Below are positions 51,023 through 60,233 of a DNA stretch of 64,000 nucleotides, one piece after another. The position numbers were made by a program, and so were the translations under genes. The stretch is taken from contig CAWKMU010000003.1 in the NCBI GenBank assembly GCA_963850905.1, positions 1,408,001-1,472,000 on the forward strand, read 5' to 3'. The stretch comes from an uncultured Gemmatimonadales bacterium (GTDB taxonomy: Bacteria; Gemmatimonadota; Gemmatimonadetes; Gemmatimonadales; Gemmatimonadaceae). Position 1 is the stretch's first letter. The number at the start of each line of letters is the position of its first letter. The notes beneath the pieces are model-generated. The model saw only the letters and a list, made by a program, of their open reading frames with translations, had not been told where the DNA came from and did no database searches.

Positions 51023-53147
51023 TTACAACAGTGCTTCCAGGCGAATCGGCAGATCACGCACGCGTCGGCCCGTCGCATGAAACACGGCGTTGGCGATCGC
51101 CGGTGCGACGCCGACAATCGCGATCTCTCCGATCCCTTTCACGCCGAGGGGATTGACGTGCGGGTCTTCCTCTTCGACGAACAGCGCCTCGAGCGAGCCG
51201 ACGTCGAGATTGACCGGCACGAGATAATCGGTCATTGACGCGTTGACTGGCCGGCCGTCGCGGCGATCAAGGAGTGTTTGCTCCATGAGAGCCATTCCGA
51301 TTCCGCCGACCATGCCGCCGAGGCACTGACTGCGCGCGAGTCGCGGATTGATTATGCGGCCGGCGCTGTACGCACCGACAATGTGCCGCACTCGAATCAT
51401 GCCCAGATCGGGATCGACCGCGACCTCGGCGAAGACGGCACCGAATGCATACATCGAATACCGCCGCCGCTCGTCGCTCGGCTTAGTCGTGCCGACGGCC
51501 TCGATCGGCTGACCGCCGCAGCGAGCGAGGGTCTCACGGTAGGACTCCCCCGGGAGGGCCCTCTTGCAGAATGTCGGTGCGGACGGCGAGACAAGCGGCC
51601 TGCACAGCCGAGCCGACCGACGCCATCGTCATTGACCCGCCGTGGGGCGGGGTGGGCGGAAAGTCCGAAACGCCAATGTCGAGTCGGATCGAGGCGAGCG
51701 GCAGGCCGAGCGTATCGGCGGCCACCTGAGTCATCGACGTATACGTGCCCGGGCCCATGTCGCTCGCCGCCGTCTCGATGACGGCGCTGCCGTCCGGCAG
51801 CAGGCGTGCGCGTGCCTGCGCCCTTCCCTGCACGGCATGATATGCGGTGGCGGCCATCCCCCAGCCAATGCGCAGCCGGCCGTCGCGCATCGAACCCGGC
51901 ACAGGACTCCGTCTCGTCCAGCCGAAGTGGTCCGCGGCCCGAGCATAGCATTCGCGCAGTGACCTGCTCGAGAACGGCCGGCCATCACTCTCATTGATCG
52001 TCGGCTCATTGCGAAGCCGCAACTCGACCGGGTCGATCGCGAGCGCGACGGCCAACTCATCCATCGCTGTCTCCAACGCAAAGAAGCCACTCGCCGCCCC
52101 CGGCCCGCGCATGTAGGTCGGTGTGCTCTGATCCACCGGGACAATGCGGTAGCGCGTGCATACGTTCGGACAGCTGTACATGTACGTCGACGGTTCGGTG
52201 AGCGACTCCGTGAATTCCTCGTAGCGCGACGTTTCTGCGCTGCCTTCGTGGATGATGCCCAGCAGGCGGCCGTTGCGCTCGGCCGAAAGCACGACGCGCT
52301 GGACCGTATACGGCCGATGGCCGGTCGAGTTGTACATCTGACGTCGCGACAGCACGAGCTTGACCGGGCGCTTGACGTGTCGTGCCGCGATCGCGGCCAA
52401 CGTCACGTGTGGCCAGGTCCGCAGACTGGCGCCAAAGGCGCCACCAATGTACGGACACACGACGCGTACATTGGCCACAGGCAGTCCAAGCACTGCGGCG
52501 AGCTCCTTGGCTTCGCTCGCCACGTACTGACTCTTGCTCCATACGGTCAGCTGGTCGCCATCCCATGCGGCGATGGTCGCGGGCGGCTCCATGGGATTGT
52601 GGTTCTCGCGCATGATGCGGTACGTCACGTCGATCGTCGCTGCCGGTTGGCCGATGGCCGCCGGGTCGCCTCGCCGGGTGTCGGGCGGTGGGTCGGTGCC
52701 CGCGGGCGAGACGGGCGCGGCTTCAGGCGCGTCAATGAGAACGACCGGAGGGCGAGCATCGTATCGGATCTGGAGCGCGGCCGCGGCGTGCTCCGCGTCT
52801 TCGAGCGTTGAGGCGACGACGACTGCTACAGGCTGACCGAAGAACCGGACCTCGTCATCCTGCAGTACGTGCAGTCGCTCCCCGGTCTCCGGATCGACAT
52901 ACGACCGGTATGGCGCGTACGGGAGGCGCGGGGCATTGAGGTGCGTCAGTAGCGCCACGACGCCGGGGAGGTGCTCGATGCGCTCCGCTTCGATCGCCCG
53001 GATGCGCCCTCGGCCGATCGTACTGGTGACGATGATCGCGTAGGCCTGGCTCGGCAGATCGAACTCGGCGGCGTAGCGCGCGGCGCCGGTCACCTTTGCC
53101 GGTCCGTCGACACGTGGTACCGGTGCCCCCATCATCGGGTCGCTCAC
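51023..53147 (-). pseudogene. paoC: Xanthine dehydrogenase-family molybdopterin subunit (PaoC/YagR-like). Apparent +1 frameshift at about 51545-51575
   Basis: RVDGPAKVTGAARY, HNPMEP, YIGGAFG, MRGPG, DMGPGTYT, HGGSMT. C-terminal part (FGAVFAEV.VD, GVKGIGE, RVRDLPI) is in another frame. Confidence 0.9.
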
Positions 53148-54118
53148 TCGACCGCCGCCGCCATTTCGAGTGCGCGGATCACCGTGCGGCGCAGCAACTC
53201 CACTTTGTAGCCGTTTTCGGAGAGCGGGCGCGCACCCTCGGTAGCCCGATCCGCCGCTCGCTCCCAGCTGGCTCGATCGGCAGAGCGACCGACCAGCACG
53301 GCCTCGGATTCGCGGAGTCGCCAGGGTCGCGTCGCAACGCCGCCGACCGCGATGCGGGCCTGCCGGACAATACCGTGGTCAATGTCGAGCGCCACAGCAG
53401 CCGACGTCACGGCGAACTCGTACGCTGCGCGGTCGCGTACCTTGAGATACCGCGCACGCAGCGGATACGAGCCGGGCACTTCGATGGCCGTGATGAGCTC
53501 ACCTGGTTCCAGCGTGTGCTCGAGGTGCGGCGTGTCGCCAGGCAAACGATAGAGGTCCTCGACGGGGAATCGACGCTCGCTGTTCTGGCCACGCACGTGC
53601 ATGACGGCGTCCAGCGCGACAAGCGCAACCGCCAGGTCTGAGGGATGCGTCGCTACGCAGTGGTCGCTCGTGCCAAGAATCGCATGTGTGACGTTCACGC
53701 CACCGATCGCGGCGCATCCCGAGCCGGGTGTGCGCTTGTTGCACGGGGCATCGAGCGTGCGAAAGTAGGGACAGCGCACGCGCTGTAGCAGATTGCCGCC
53801 GATCGAGGCCATATGGCGGAGCTGCGGCGATGCGCCTTCGAGAAGCGCCTGGACGATCAACGGTTGTAATCGAGCGACGTCCGGGTCAGCGGCGACATCT
53901 GCCATGCGTGCCAGTGCACCAATGGTGATCGCGCCGGTGCTCCGGCGGATCTCGCGGAGTGGTAGACGGTTGATGTCGATGAGCCGTTCCGGCTGCTCGA
54001 TCTCCTCACGCATGAGATCGATCAGCGTTGTGCCGCCGGCAATGTAGCGGCCGCCGGCCGCGCCCTGTGCCAGGGCATCGTGTGCCGACGCGGCGGCATG
54101 GTAGGTGAAGGGCTTCAT
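53144..54118 (-). CDS. paoB: FAD-binding subunit (PaoB/YagS-like, with 4Fe-4S cysteines)
   Basis: IAGGTTLIDLM, GASPQLRHMASIGGNLLQR.RCPYFR, CNKR.PGSGC, CVATHPSD, YLKVRDR..YEFA. Confidence 0.93.
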   Translation of the reverse strand: MKPFTYHAAASAHDALAQGAAGGRYIAGGTTLIDLMREEIEQPERLIDINRLPLREIRRSTGAITIGALARMADVAADPDVARLQPLIVQALLEGASPQLRHMASIGGNLLQRVRCPYFRTLDAPCNKRTPGSGCAAIGGVNVTHAILGTSDHCVATHPSDLAVALVALDAVMHVRGQNSERRFPVEDLYRLPGDTPHLEHTLEPGELITAIEVPGSYPLRARYLKVRDRAAYEFAVTSAAVALDIDHGIVRQARIAVGGVATRPWRLRESEAVLVGRSADRASWERAADRATEGARPLSENGYKVELLRRTVIRALEMAAAVE

Positions 54119-54582
54119 GAGCGGGCGCTACCCGCCACTTCCTCTACGGCGGCGACAATGCCACCGTACGCACCGCACCGACAGACGTTGCCGCTCATCC
54201 AGGTGCGGATCTCGTCGGTCGAGCCGGCGTGTCCCTCCCGGATGCACGCGACGCCTGACACGATCTGTCCCGGCGTGCAGTAGCCGCACTGGAAGGCATC
54301 GTGAGCAATGAACGCGGCTTGCAGTGGGTGCAGCGTGTCGCCCTGGGACAGCCCCTCGATCGTCGTGATGCGTGCACCCGCGTGCATGACGGCGAGGGTC
54401 AGGCACGAATTCACGCGCCGGCCATCGAGGAGAATCGTGCATGCACCGCAGGCACCTTGGTTGCATCCCTTTTTGGTACCGGTGAGGCCGAGGTGCTCGC
54501 GCAACAGATCGAGCAGCGACGTGCGGACGTCCACGGTGACGTGCACCGGTCGGCCGTTGATGGTGAGGTCGAGCGGAGGCAT
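54115..54582 (-). CDS. paoA: (2Fe-2S)-binding subunit (PaoA/YagT-like, no Tat leader)
   Basis: LTGTKKGCNQGACGACT, NSCL, FQCGYCTPGQ, GNVCRCGAY. Confidence 0.93.
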   Translation of the reverse strand: MPPLDLTINGRPVHVTVDVRTSLLDLLREHLGLTGTKKGCNQGACGACTILLDGRRVNSCLTLAVMHAGARITTIEGLSQGDTLHPLQAAFIAHDAFQCGYCTPGQIVSGVACIREGHAGSTDEIRTWMSGNVCRCGAYGGIVAAVEEVAGSARS

Positions 54583-54667
54583 GGGCGGGATGGTAATGCG
54601 AGGGCAGGGGAGACGTGAGGGAGAGAGGTTACGATGCCCGGGGTGTCGGGTGACATATCTTCCAGCG

Positions 54668-55522
54668 ATGCCTGCTTCCCAGCCGTCGATCCCCAGCACG
54701 GCGTTCCCGTCGGGTGAACTCGTCCCCGTACTGGGGCAGGGTACGTGGCGCATGGGTGAAAATGCCGCGCGTCGCAAGCAGGAGATCGCCGCGTTGCGGC
54801 TCGGGATCGACCTGGGCATGACGCTTATCGATACCGCAGAGATGTATGCGGATGGCGGCGCGGAGACAGTGGTCGGTGAAGCCGTGACCGGCCGGAGAGA
54901 CGACGTTTTTGTCGTCACGAAGGTGACGCCCGAAAACGCGACGAGACGTGGAACGGTTCGCGCGTGCGAGCAGAGTCTCCGCCGGTTGCGCACCTCCCAC
55001 ATCGATCTGTATCTCCTCCATTGGCCAGCCGACACGCCCATTGCTGAGACCGTCGCCGCGTTCGACATGTTGGCCCGGGATGGCAAGATCCGGTACTGGG
55101 GCGTGAGCAACTTCGATCTATCCGAACTCGAGGAGCTCACCCGCCTGCCGACCGGCGGTGTCTGCGCGACCGATCAAGTGCTGTACAACCTGCGGCGGCG
55201 CGGGATCGAGTGGGATCTGTTGCCTTGGTGCGCGGCGCGACGGATGCCGGTGATGGCGTACTCGCCCATCGATCAGGGGGAGCTGCGACATCATCCGGTC
55301 ACGACCCGGCTCGCGACCCGGTACGGTGTCACAGCCAGTCAGGTCGCGCTGGCGTGGACGCTCCGCAGGCCAGGCATCATCGCGATTCCGAAAGCGGGGT
55401 CGATCGATCACGTGCGCGACAACGTCGCCGCCCTCGGTCTGCACCTGACCGGCGACGACCTCGAGACACTCGACGGTGCGTTCCCGCCGCCGACCGGACC
55501 GCGCGAGCTGGAGACGGCGTGA
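54668..55522 (+). CDS. Aldo/keto reductase
   Basis: LGQGTW.MGE, IDTAEMYADG, IDLYLLHW, GKIRYWGVSN, AYSPI, IPKA. Confidence 0.95.
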   Translation: MPASQPSIPSTAFPSGELVPVLGQGTWRMGENAARRKQEIAALRLGIDLGMTLIDTAEMYADGGAETVVGEAVTGRRDDVFVVTKVTPENATRRGTVRACEQSLRRLRTSHIDLYLLHWPADTPIAETVAAFDMLARDGKIRYWGVSNFDLSELEELTRLPTGGVCATDQVLYNLRRRGIEWDLLPWCAARRMPVMAYSPIDQGELRHHPVTTRLATRYGVTASQVALAWTLRRPGIIAIPKAGSIDHVRDNVAALGLHLTGDDLETLDGAFPPPTGPRELETA

Positions 55523-55562
55523 GGGTCGATACCCGAGCTCTGTTCAGAGCGGCAAAAACGAC

Positions 55563-55593
55563 GAGGGCCAGTCGCGGCGTCGCGCTGGCCCTC
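55563..55593 (-). terminator. Probable intrinsic terminator between convergent genes
   Basis: GAGGGCCAG.CGCG-GCGT-CGCGCTGGCCCTC with an A-run just upstream (U-tract on the minus strand). Confidence 0.5.
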
Positions 55594-55633
55594 TGAAGTG
55601 TTGCTATTCCTGCCAAACGGAACCTGGTTACCG

Positions 55634-56959
55634 CTATCTCCGTTTGGCTGGCTTGATCGGCAACGCCGTAGCGTGTGGGTCGAATGCAAGACCGAAGGGC
55701 CCACTCAGCGAGGTACCCGTAACTGTCGCGTTCGGCGCTGGATCGCCGCTTGTGACCAGCTGGCTCGGCGTGAACTCGACCAAGCTGCCGGCCACGTTGG
55801 CGACCCAAAGATCGCCGCTTGCGTCGAAGGCCAGTCCGGCCGGGTTGCCGAGCGAGCCCGAGTTTGCACTCAGTACCACCGTGGGTGTCGGGGTGCCGCT
55901 CGCTGCGAGTTGGCTCGGCGTGAAGTCGACCACGGTGTTGACGCCACTGAAGTTGCCGTTGGCGACCCAGAGATTGCCGGTTCCGTCAAAGGCGATCATG
56001 AGCGGCCCGTCGATCGAGCCCGTGCCGCCAGTCACGGTCACCGAAGGCGTGAGTGCTCCGCCTGTGACTAGCTGGCTGGCCTTGTATTCGACGACGGTGG
56101 TCGAGGCAGCATTTGCCACCCAGAGGTTACCGTTCGCATCAAACGCCAAGCCGACGGGCGACGAGAGCGACGAACTTGCGGCAGTGATGGTGGTCGCCGG
56201 TGTGGGGCTACCGCTGGAAGCGAGCTGCGACGCGGCGAACTCTACTACGGTACTCGTTCCGACGTTCGCAACCCACAAGTTGCCGTTCGCATCAAAAGCA
56301 AGGCCGCCAGGTGAAGAGCTCGACGGTTCCAGAATAACTGTGGCCGGTGTGGGAGTACCGCTTGTGGCGAGCTCGCTCGCGCTGTACTCCAGAATCGAGT
56401 CGGCGGAGAAGGTGCTCACCCACAGATTGCCCTGTGCATCGATTGCGGTTCCCATCGTTTGCGCGCCCGCCTTGAGTGCCGTCGCCGCCGCAGCGGAAGT
56501 CGAACTAGCAAGTTGCGAGGCGGTGTATTGAAGCACAGTTGCGGCGGTACCGAAATTCGCGACCCACAACCCACCGGTTCCGGTTATCGCGGCATATGTG
56601 ATGGTTGCGGTGTCCTGACCGCCTGGCGTCACGGACAATGGGCTACCAGACACAGCGGCTGTGTCCATCGTTGCGACGATTGCGTTGGACTCTGTGACTG
56701 GCGCGCCGACGACGGTATAGGAGCCGATCGCCAGGCCGGTCAACAGGGTGTTGCTCGTTACCGTAGTCGAGTACCCGTTCGGTCCAGTGACCGTGACGCT
56801 TCCAGTCACACCGGTGGGAGCAGTCACGACAACGGCCAGACTGCCGGTTTTGGGCGCGGTCGATCCGCCACCGCCGCCGCACGCCGTGAGGACGGCAACC
56901 GTCGCGGCGGCTCCGAGTAGAGAACGAGCATCGCGTATCCGCGTGATGCCAAGCGACAT
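55634..56959 (-). CDS. NHL-repeat beta-propeller lipoprotein
   Basis: AAGGAG RBS, LTA-C lipobox, repeated 'P.GLAFDA.GNLWVAN....VVEF..SQL..SG.PTP..T'. Confidence 0.9.
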   Translation of the reverse strand: MSLGITRIRDARSLLGAAATVAVLTACGGGGGSTAPKTGSLAVVVTAPTGVTGSVTVTGPNGYSTTVTSNTLLTGLAIGSYTVVGAPVTESNAIVATMDTAAVSGSPLSVTPGGQDTATITYAAITGTGGLWVANFGTAATVLQYTASQLASSTSAAAATALKAGAQTMGTAIDAQGNLWVSTFSADSILEYSASELATSGTPTPATVILEPSSSSPGGLAFDANGNLWVANVGTSTVVEFAASQLASSGSPTPATTITAASSSLSSPVGLAFDANGNLWVANAASTTVVEYKASQLVTGGALTPSVTVTGGTGSIDGPLMIAFDGTGNLWVANGNFSGVNTVVDFTPSQLAASGTPTPTVVLSANSGSLGNPAGLAFDASGDLWVANVAGSLVEFTPSQLVTSGDPAPNATVTGTSLSGPFGLAFDPHATALPIKPAKRR

Positions 56960-57163
56960 GATGGTGCTCCTTGCTAGATCGTGTAGTCGGGTGGCAGGGC
57001 AGCTGGTGGTTGGCCCTGGTAGTCGGCAGACTGCGCTGCGAGAGTGTCCTAGCCTCTGCGCGCAGCGAATCGCCGACACACGACGACCGATTAGAGGTCA
57101 AGCAACACCGGCCGCGATGATGGAATCCGGTGATGCCGAGATCAACGACTGGGCGACGGAATG

Positions 57164-57192
57164 AAAACGGCCCGTGACGCCAGTCACGGGCC
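57164..57192 (-). terminator. Intrinsic terminator of the DUF1572 gene
   Basis: Perfect 10-bp stem GGCCCGTGAC-GCCA-GTCACGGGCC followed by GTTTT on the minus strand. Confidence 0.7.
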
Positions 57193-57236
57193 CTGTTTAC
57201 CTGTCTCTACCAGTCGATGCCCGCTGCGTCAGGCTC

Positions 57237-57782
57237 CTAACTCTTCGCCTGCGGGGGGGCGAAGCGGCGGTTCCATTCCGCAGAGCGATTGCGCGGAATG
57301 CTCAGGGATTGCCAGGTCGCGCTCTGGAGGTGTTTTGCGAGGAAGACGATCTGCCCAATGTGCGACGCGTAGTGGGCCAACTGTCGATTCACTGCCTGCA
57401 AGAGGGAGTGTGGCTCGCCGCGAATCGTGACCGTGCGAGTCAGATCGGCATCCGTCAGTGGTGCGAGCGCCGTAAACAGTCGATTCCAGCCGTCTTCCCA
57501 CACGCGCATGAGCGATTCGCGTGAGGACGGAGGATCGAGGAATTCCGTGTCACGATCGCGATCGGGTTTCTCACCGTCCGACGTCAGGAAATCCGTCCAT
57601 CGCGAGCGCATGTTGCCAGCCATGTGTTTTACGATGAGGGCGATCGAGTTGCTCTCGTCATCAATCGGGTGGATCAGCTGCTCATCCGAGACCTGAGCGA
57701 TCGCGCCTTCAGCCATCTTCTTGTATTGGCCGAAGATGGCGCGCATATCGACGAGGTATGAGGTTGTGAGTTCGTGCGGCAT
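57237..57782 (-). CDS. DUF1572 (DinB superfamily) protein
   Basis: SNSIA.IVKHMAGNMRSRWTDFLTSDGEKPDRDRD.EF, RQLAHY..H.GQIV. Confidence 0.92.
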   Translation of the reverse strand: MPHELTTSYLVDMRAIFGQYKKMAEGAIAQVSDEQLIHPIDDESNSIALIVKHMAGNMRSRWTDFLTSDGEKPDRDRDTEFLDPPSSRESLMRVWEDGWNRLFTALAPLTDADLTRTVTIRGEPHSLLQAVNRQLAHYASHIGQIVFLAKHLQSATWQSLSIPRNRSAEWNRRFAPPQAKS

Positions 57783-57928
57783 CGGAGCGCGTGGGTGGAT
57801 GGGTTGAGAGCCAATTCAAGGTACCGCTTCAGCAATCAGTGGGCCCAGTGGAGCGCGTAGCCGCCCGCTGGCGTAAGCGGTCGCGGCAACGCTTCTTTCT
57901 GGTGGCGGAGACACGAGTGGAGGCGATC

Positions 57929-58480
57929 ATGGCGGCGCCGAACGCGGGACCGCTAGGCGGCACACGCAGCGACCAATGGATGTCGACGGCCGCATCGCTG
58001 ACGGTGGGTGCAGCATTCTTTGCCCTCTGGTTCTGGCTCCTCCCCCGGTGGCTGGGGTTTCGCGTCGACAGGAGCGGCCCGGCGCGGTGGCGGTGGCTCG
58101 CCATCGTCCCATCCGTCCTCGGGTTCGCCGTGGCGCTGCGGTGCATCTGGGACTTCGGTTGGACCGGGCGCGGGACGCCGGCACCCATGGTTCCACCAAG
58201 CAGGCTCGTGATCGTCGGGCTCTACCGGCATGTGCGTAACCCGATGTACCTCGGATTCGCTCTCGGATGGCTCGGTTTGTGGGTGATCTTCGGCCGCGCG
58301 AGTGTCGGTGCGGTCGAGGGGGTGGTGGCCGCGGCCCTCGGTGTCGCGTTGTTTGTCCGGTTGTATGAAGAGCCGATCCTGCGAAGGAAGTTCGGCCGCG
58401 ACTACGACGAGTACCGTCGGCACGTCCCGCAATGGGTGCCGCGGTTACGTCCATACGATCCGTCCGCGGTGAGTCGGTAA
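57929..58480 (+). CDS. Isoprenylcysteine carboxyl methyltransferase/PEMT-family membrane protein
   Basis: GRGTPAP..PP..LV..GLYRHVRNPMY, EEP.L...FG..Y.EY...VP.W. Confidence 0.9.
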   Translation: MAAPNAGPLGGTRSDQWMSTAASLTVGAAFFALWFWLLPRWLGFRVDRSGPARWRWLAIVPSVLGFAVALRCIWDFGWTGRGTPAPMVPPSRLVIVGLYRHVRNPMYLGFALGWLGLWVIFGRASVGAVEGVVAAALGVALFVRLYEEPILRRKFGRDYDEYRRHVPQWVPRLRPYDPSAVSR

Positions 58481-58509
58481 GGCCGCCGGGACTGGTGCGT
58501 GCGGCGCGA

Positions 58510-58539
58510 CCTAGGGCAACGAGAATGCGTCGCCCTAGG
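58510..58539. repeat. Degenerate REP-like palindrome
   Basis: CCTAGGGCAACGAGAATGCGTCGCCCTAGG shares AATGCGTCGCCC with the other REPs; lies between convergent genes. Confidence 0.6.
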
Positions 58540-58542
58540 CCG

Positions 58543-60057
58543 TCACGGCTGGATGTATTGGTAGAGCGACGCCAGGCGCCAGGCGCGATAGAAGGGCGCC
58601 GTGCCGTTCATGCTGAAGCTGGCGTGCGCGACGACGGTGCCATTCGGTGCGACTTCGTGTACCTGGCCGGCGAAGCCGAAGCCGACGAGTGTATTGCCAT
58701 TGCCCAGACGTTGGGCCGACCCGACGATGGGAGTGAAGATCGCCGGATTGGGCTCATACTCCCATACCATCGTCGCGGTGCGGTTCGGGACGTCGAGTGC
58801 GTACTCGACGGCGCGTGAATGCGGCGGGGAATGGGCGAGCCCGTTGTCGTACATGAGGAGGTGTCCGTTGGGTAGCACGCGTACGCAGTGCTGGGCGCTC
58901 GGGCCACCCAAGGGATCACCGACAAACGTGAACTGGTTCAGGCGACCACCGAGCTGCCACATGGTGACGCCCGTCTGGGCGTTGAGTTTGATGATCGCGC
59001 CGAGGTTGCGGAACGAGACGATGTAGTTGGAGTCGAGGTCGAAGTCGAGCGAGTTCGGATGGTCGAAGTCGAAGGGAGGCGCCACGCCGGTCGGCTCGAT
59101 CCAGTCAATGATCGAGTAGTGGTCCCAGGCGTCCCACCTGAACTCGACGGACCCATCGGTCGTTTGCCGGGTGACCTGATGCCCATAGCCGATCGCGCTC
59201 GACGGCCCACCGAGCGAGGAGAAGTCAAAGGTCCGACCGGTGTAGCTGAAGAAATGCAGTCGCTCGGTTGCGCCGCTACCGGTGATCCAGAGGTCGTGAG
59301 GATCGGTATACTCGGTTTTCGGCGCGGCGTAGGAGGCGACGATCTCGCCACTCGGCAGGAACTCCGTATACGACTCCATTGCACCGTCGTACCCGGCAGA
59401 CTCACCGATCGCGATCGTGTAGTGACCGTTGTGCTGCAGCTTGGATTCGGACGACCCCGATCCGGGCGGGAAGGTCCGGTACCACCGGATGCGCCCCTGA
59501 TTATCGAACGCGACCATCACGGCGCTATCCGTGAGCGGGTACGCGATCGGCGATATGAGCGTGTACCCCGGGCCGAATGTACCGGAGACCCTCAGCGTGA
59601 TCCCCTGCAGGAAGGAGGAGAGCGAAGGGGTGGTCGCGGAGAACGTGGTGGAGGCAGAGCCTGTGGCCCCGTAGACCTGCAGCACTTCCTGGTAGGTCGT
59701 GTTGGGCAGTAAGCCCAACACCGCGATCTGGGCGGTGCCCCTGCCGTGCTCGATATGTTGGAGTGGCACGAAGGGCGTCGCCGCTGTCGTATCGGATGGC
59801 GTGCTGTACACCACACGCGCGGAGTCCGCGTTGTTGGCAATGAAGGTGACGACGTTCGAGAGCGCGTTGTAGCGATTCTGCGAGAGCGACGCAGTGAGGA
59901 TCTGGATCCCCTCCGCGGTGGCCAGCGTGGGGGCGGTGCCGCTCTCGCTGGAGCATCCTGTGCCAACGATGAGGCTGAGGGCGGCGATGCTCAGCGCGGC
60001 GTGTCCGGAGAGCTGGAGAGGTGCGTACATGATCGGGGCGGGGGCGACGATTCTCAT
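58543..60057 (-). CDS. Arylsulfate sulfotransferase (ASST)-family lipoprotein
   Basis: GTG-C lipobox, DPHDL, FDHPNSL, VSFRN, WQLGG, AQHCVR, YDNG, GSAQRL.NGNTL. Confidence 0.88.
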   Translation of the reverse strand: MRIVAPAPIMYAPLQLSGHAALSIAALSLIVGTGCSSESGTAPTLATAEGIQILTASLSQNRYNALSNVVTFIANNADSARVVYSTPSDTTAATPFVPLQHIEHGRGTAQIAVLGLLPNTTYQEVLQVYGATGSASTTFSATTPSLSSFLQGITLRVSGTFGPGYTLISPIAYPLTDSAVMVAFDNQGRIRWYRTFPPGSGSSESKLQHNGHYTIAIGESAGYDGAMESYTEFLPSGEIVASYAAPKTEYTDPHDLWITGSGATERLHFFSYTGRTFDFSSLGGPSSAIGYGHQVTRQTTDGSVEFRWDAWDHYSIIDWIEPTGVAPPFDFDHPNSLDFDLDSNYIVSFRNLGAIIKLNAQTGVTMWQLGGRLNQFTFVGDPLGGPSAQHCVRVLPNGHLLMYDNGLAHSPPHSRAVEYALDVPNRTATMVWEYEPNPAIFTPIVGSAQRLGNGNTLVGFGFAGQVHEVAPNGTVVAHASFSMNGTAPFYRAWRLASLYQYIQP

Positions 60058-60233
60058 CGAGCGCTCGGTGCACGCCTGCCTGGCGTGCCGCTAAACGCCC
60101 TGAAGCGGGTGTCGGTTGTATTACGCCGTCGACCGCCGTCGCGTTGGGCTCGGTTCGCGAAGTATGGGTGCCTAAGGGTCGCCGGGAACCGCGGCGAGCC
60201 GGGCGTCTCCCACTACACGGCCCCTACTCTTCC

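Noticed and set aside
54583..55140. Long N-terminal extensions of paoA, the AKR (54308) and the TPR gene (30475) in the ORF track
   Set aside because: They overlap divergent genes; downstream starts match the family N-termini.
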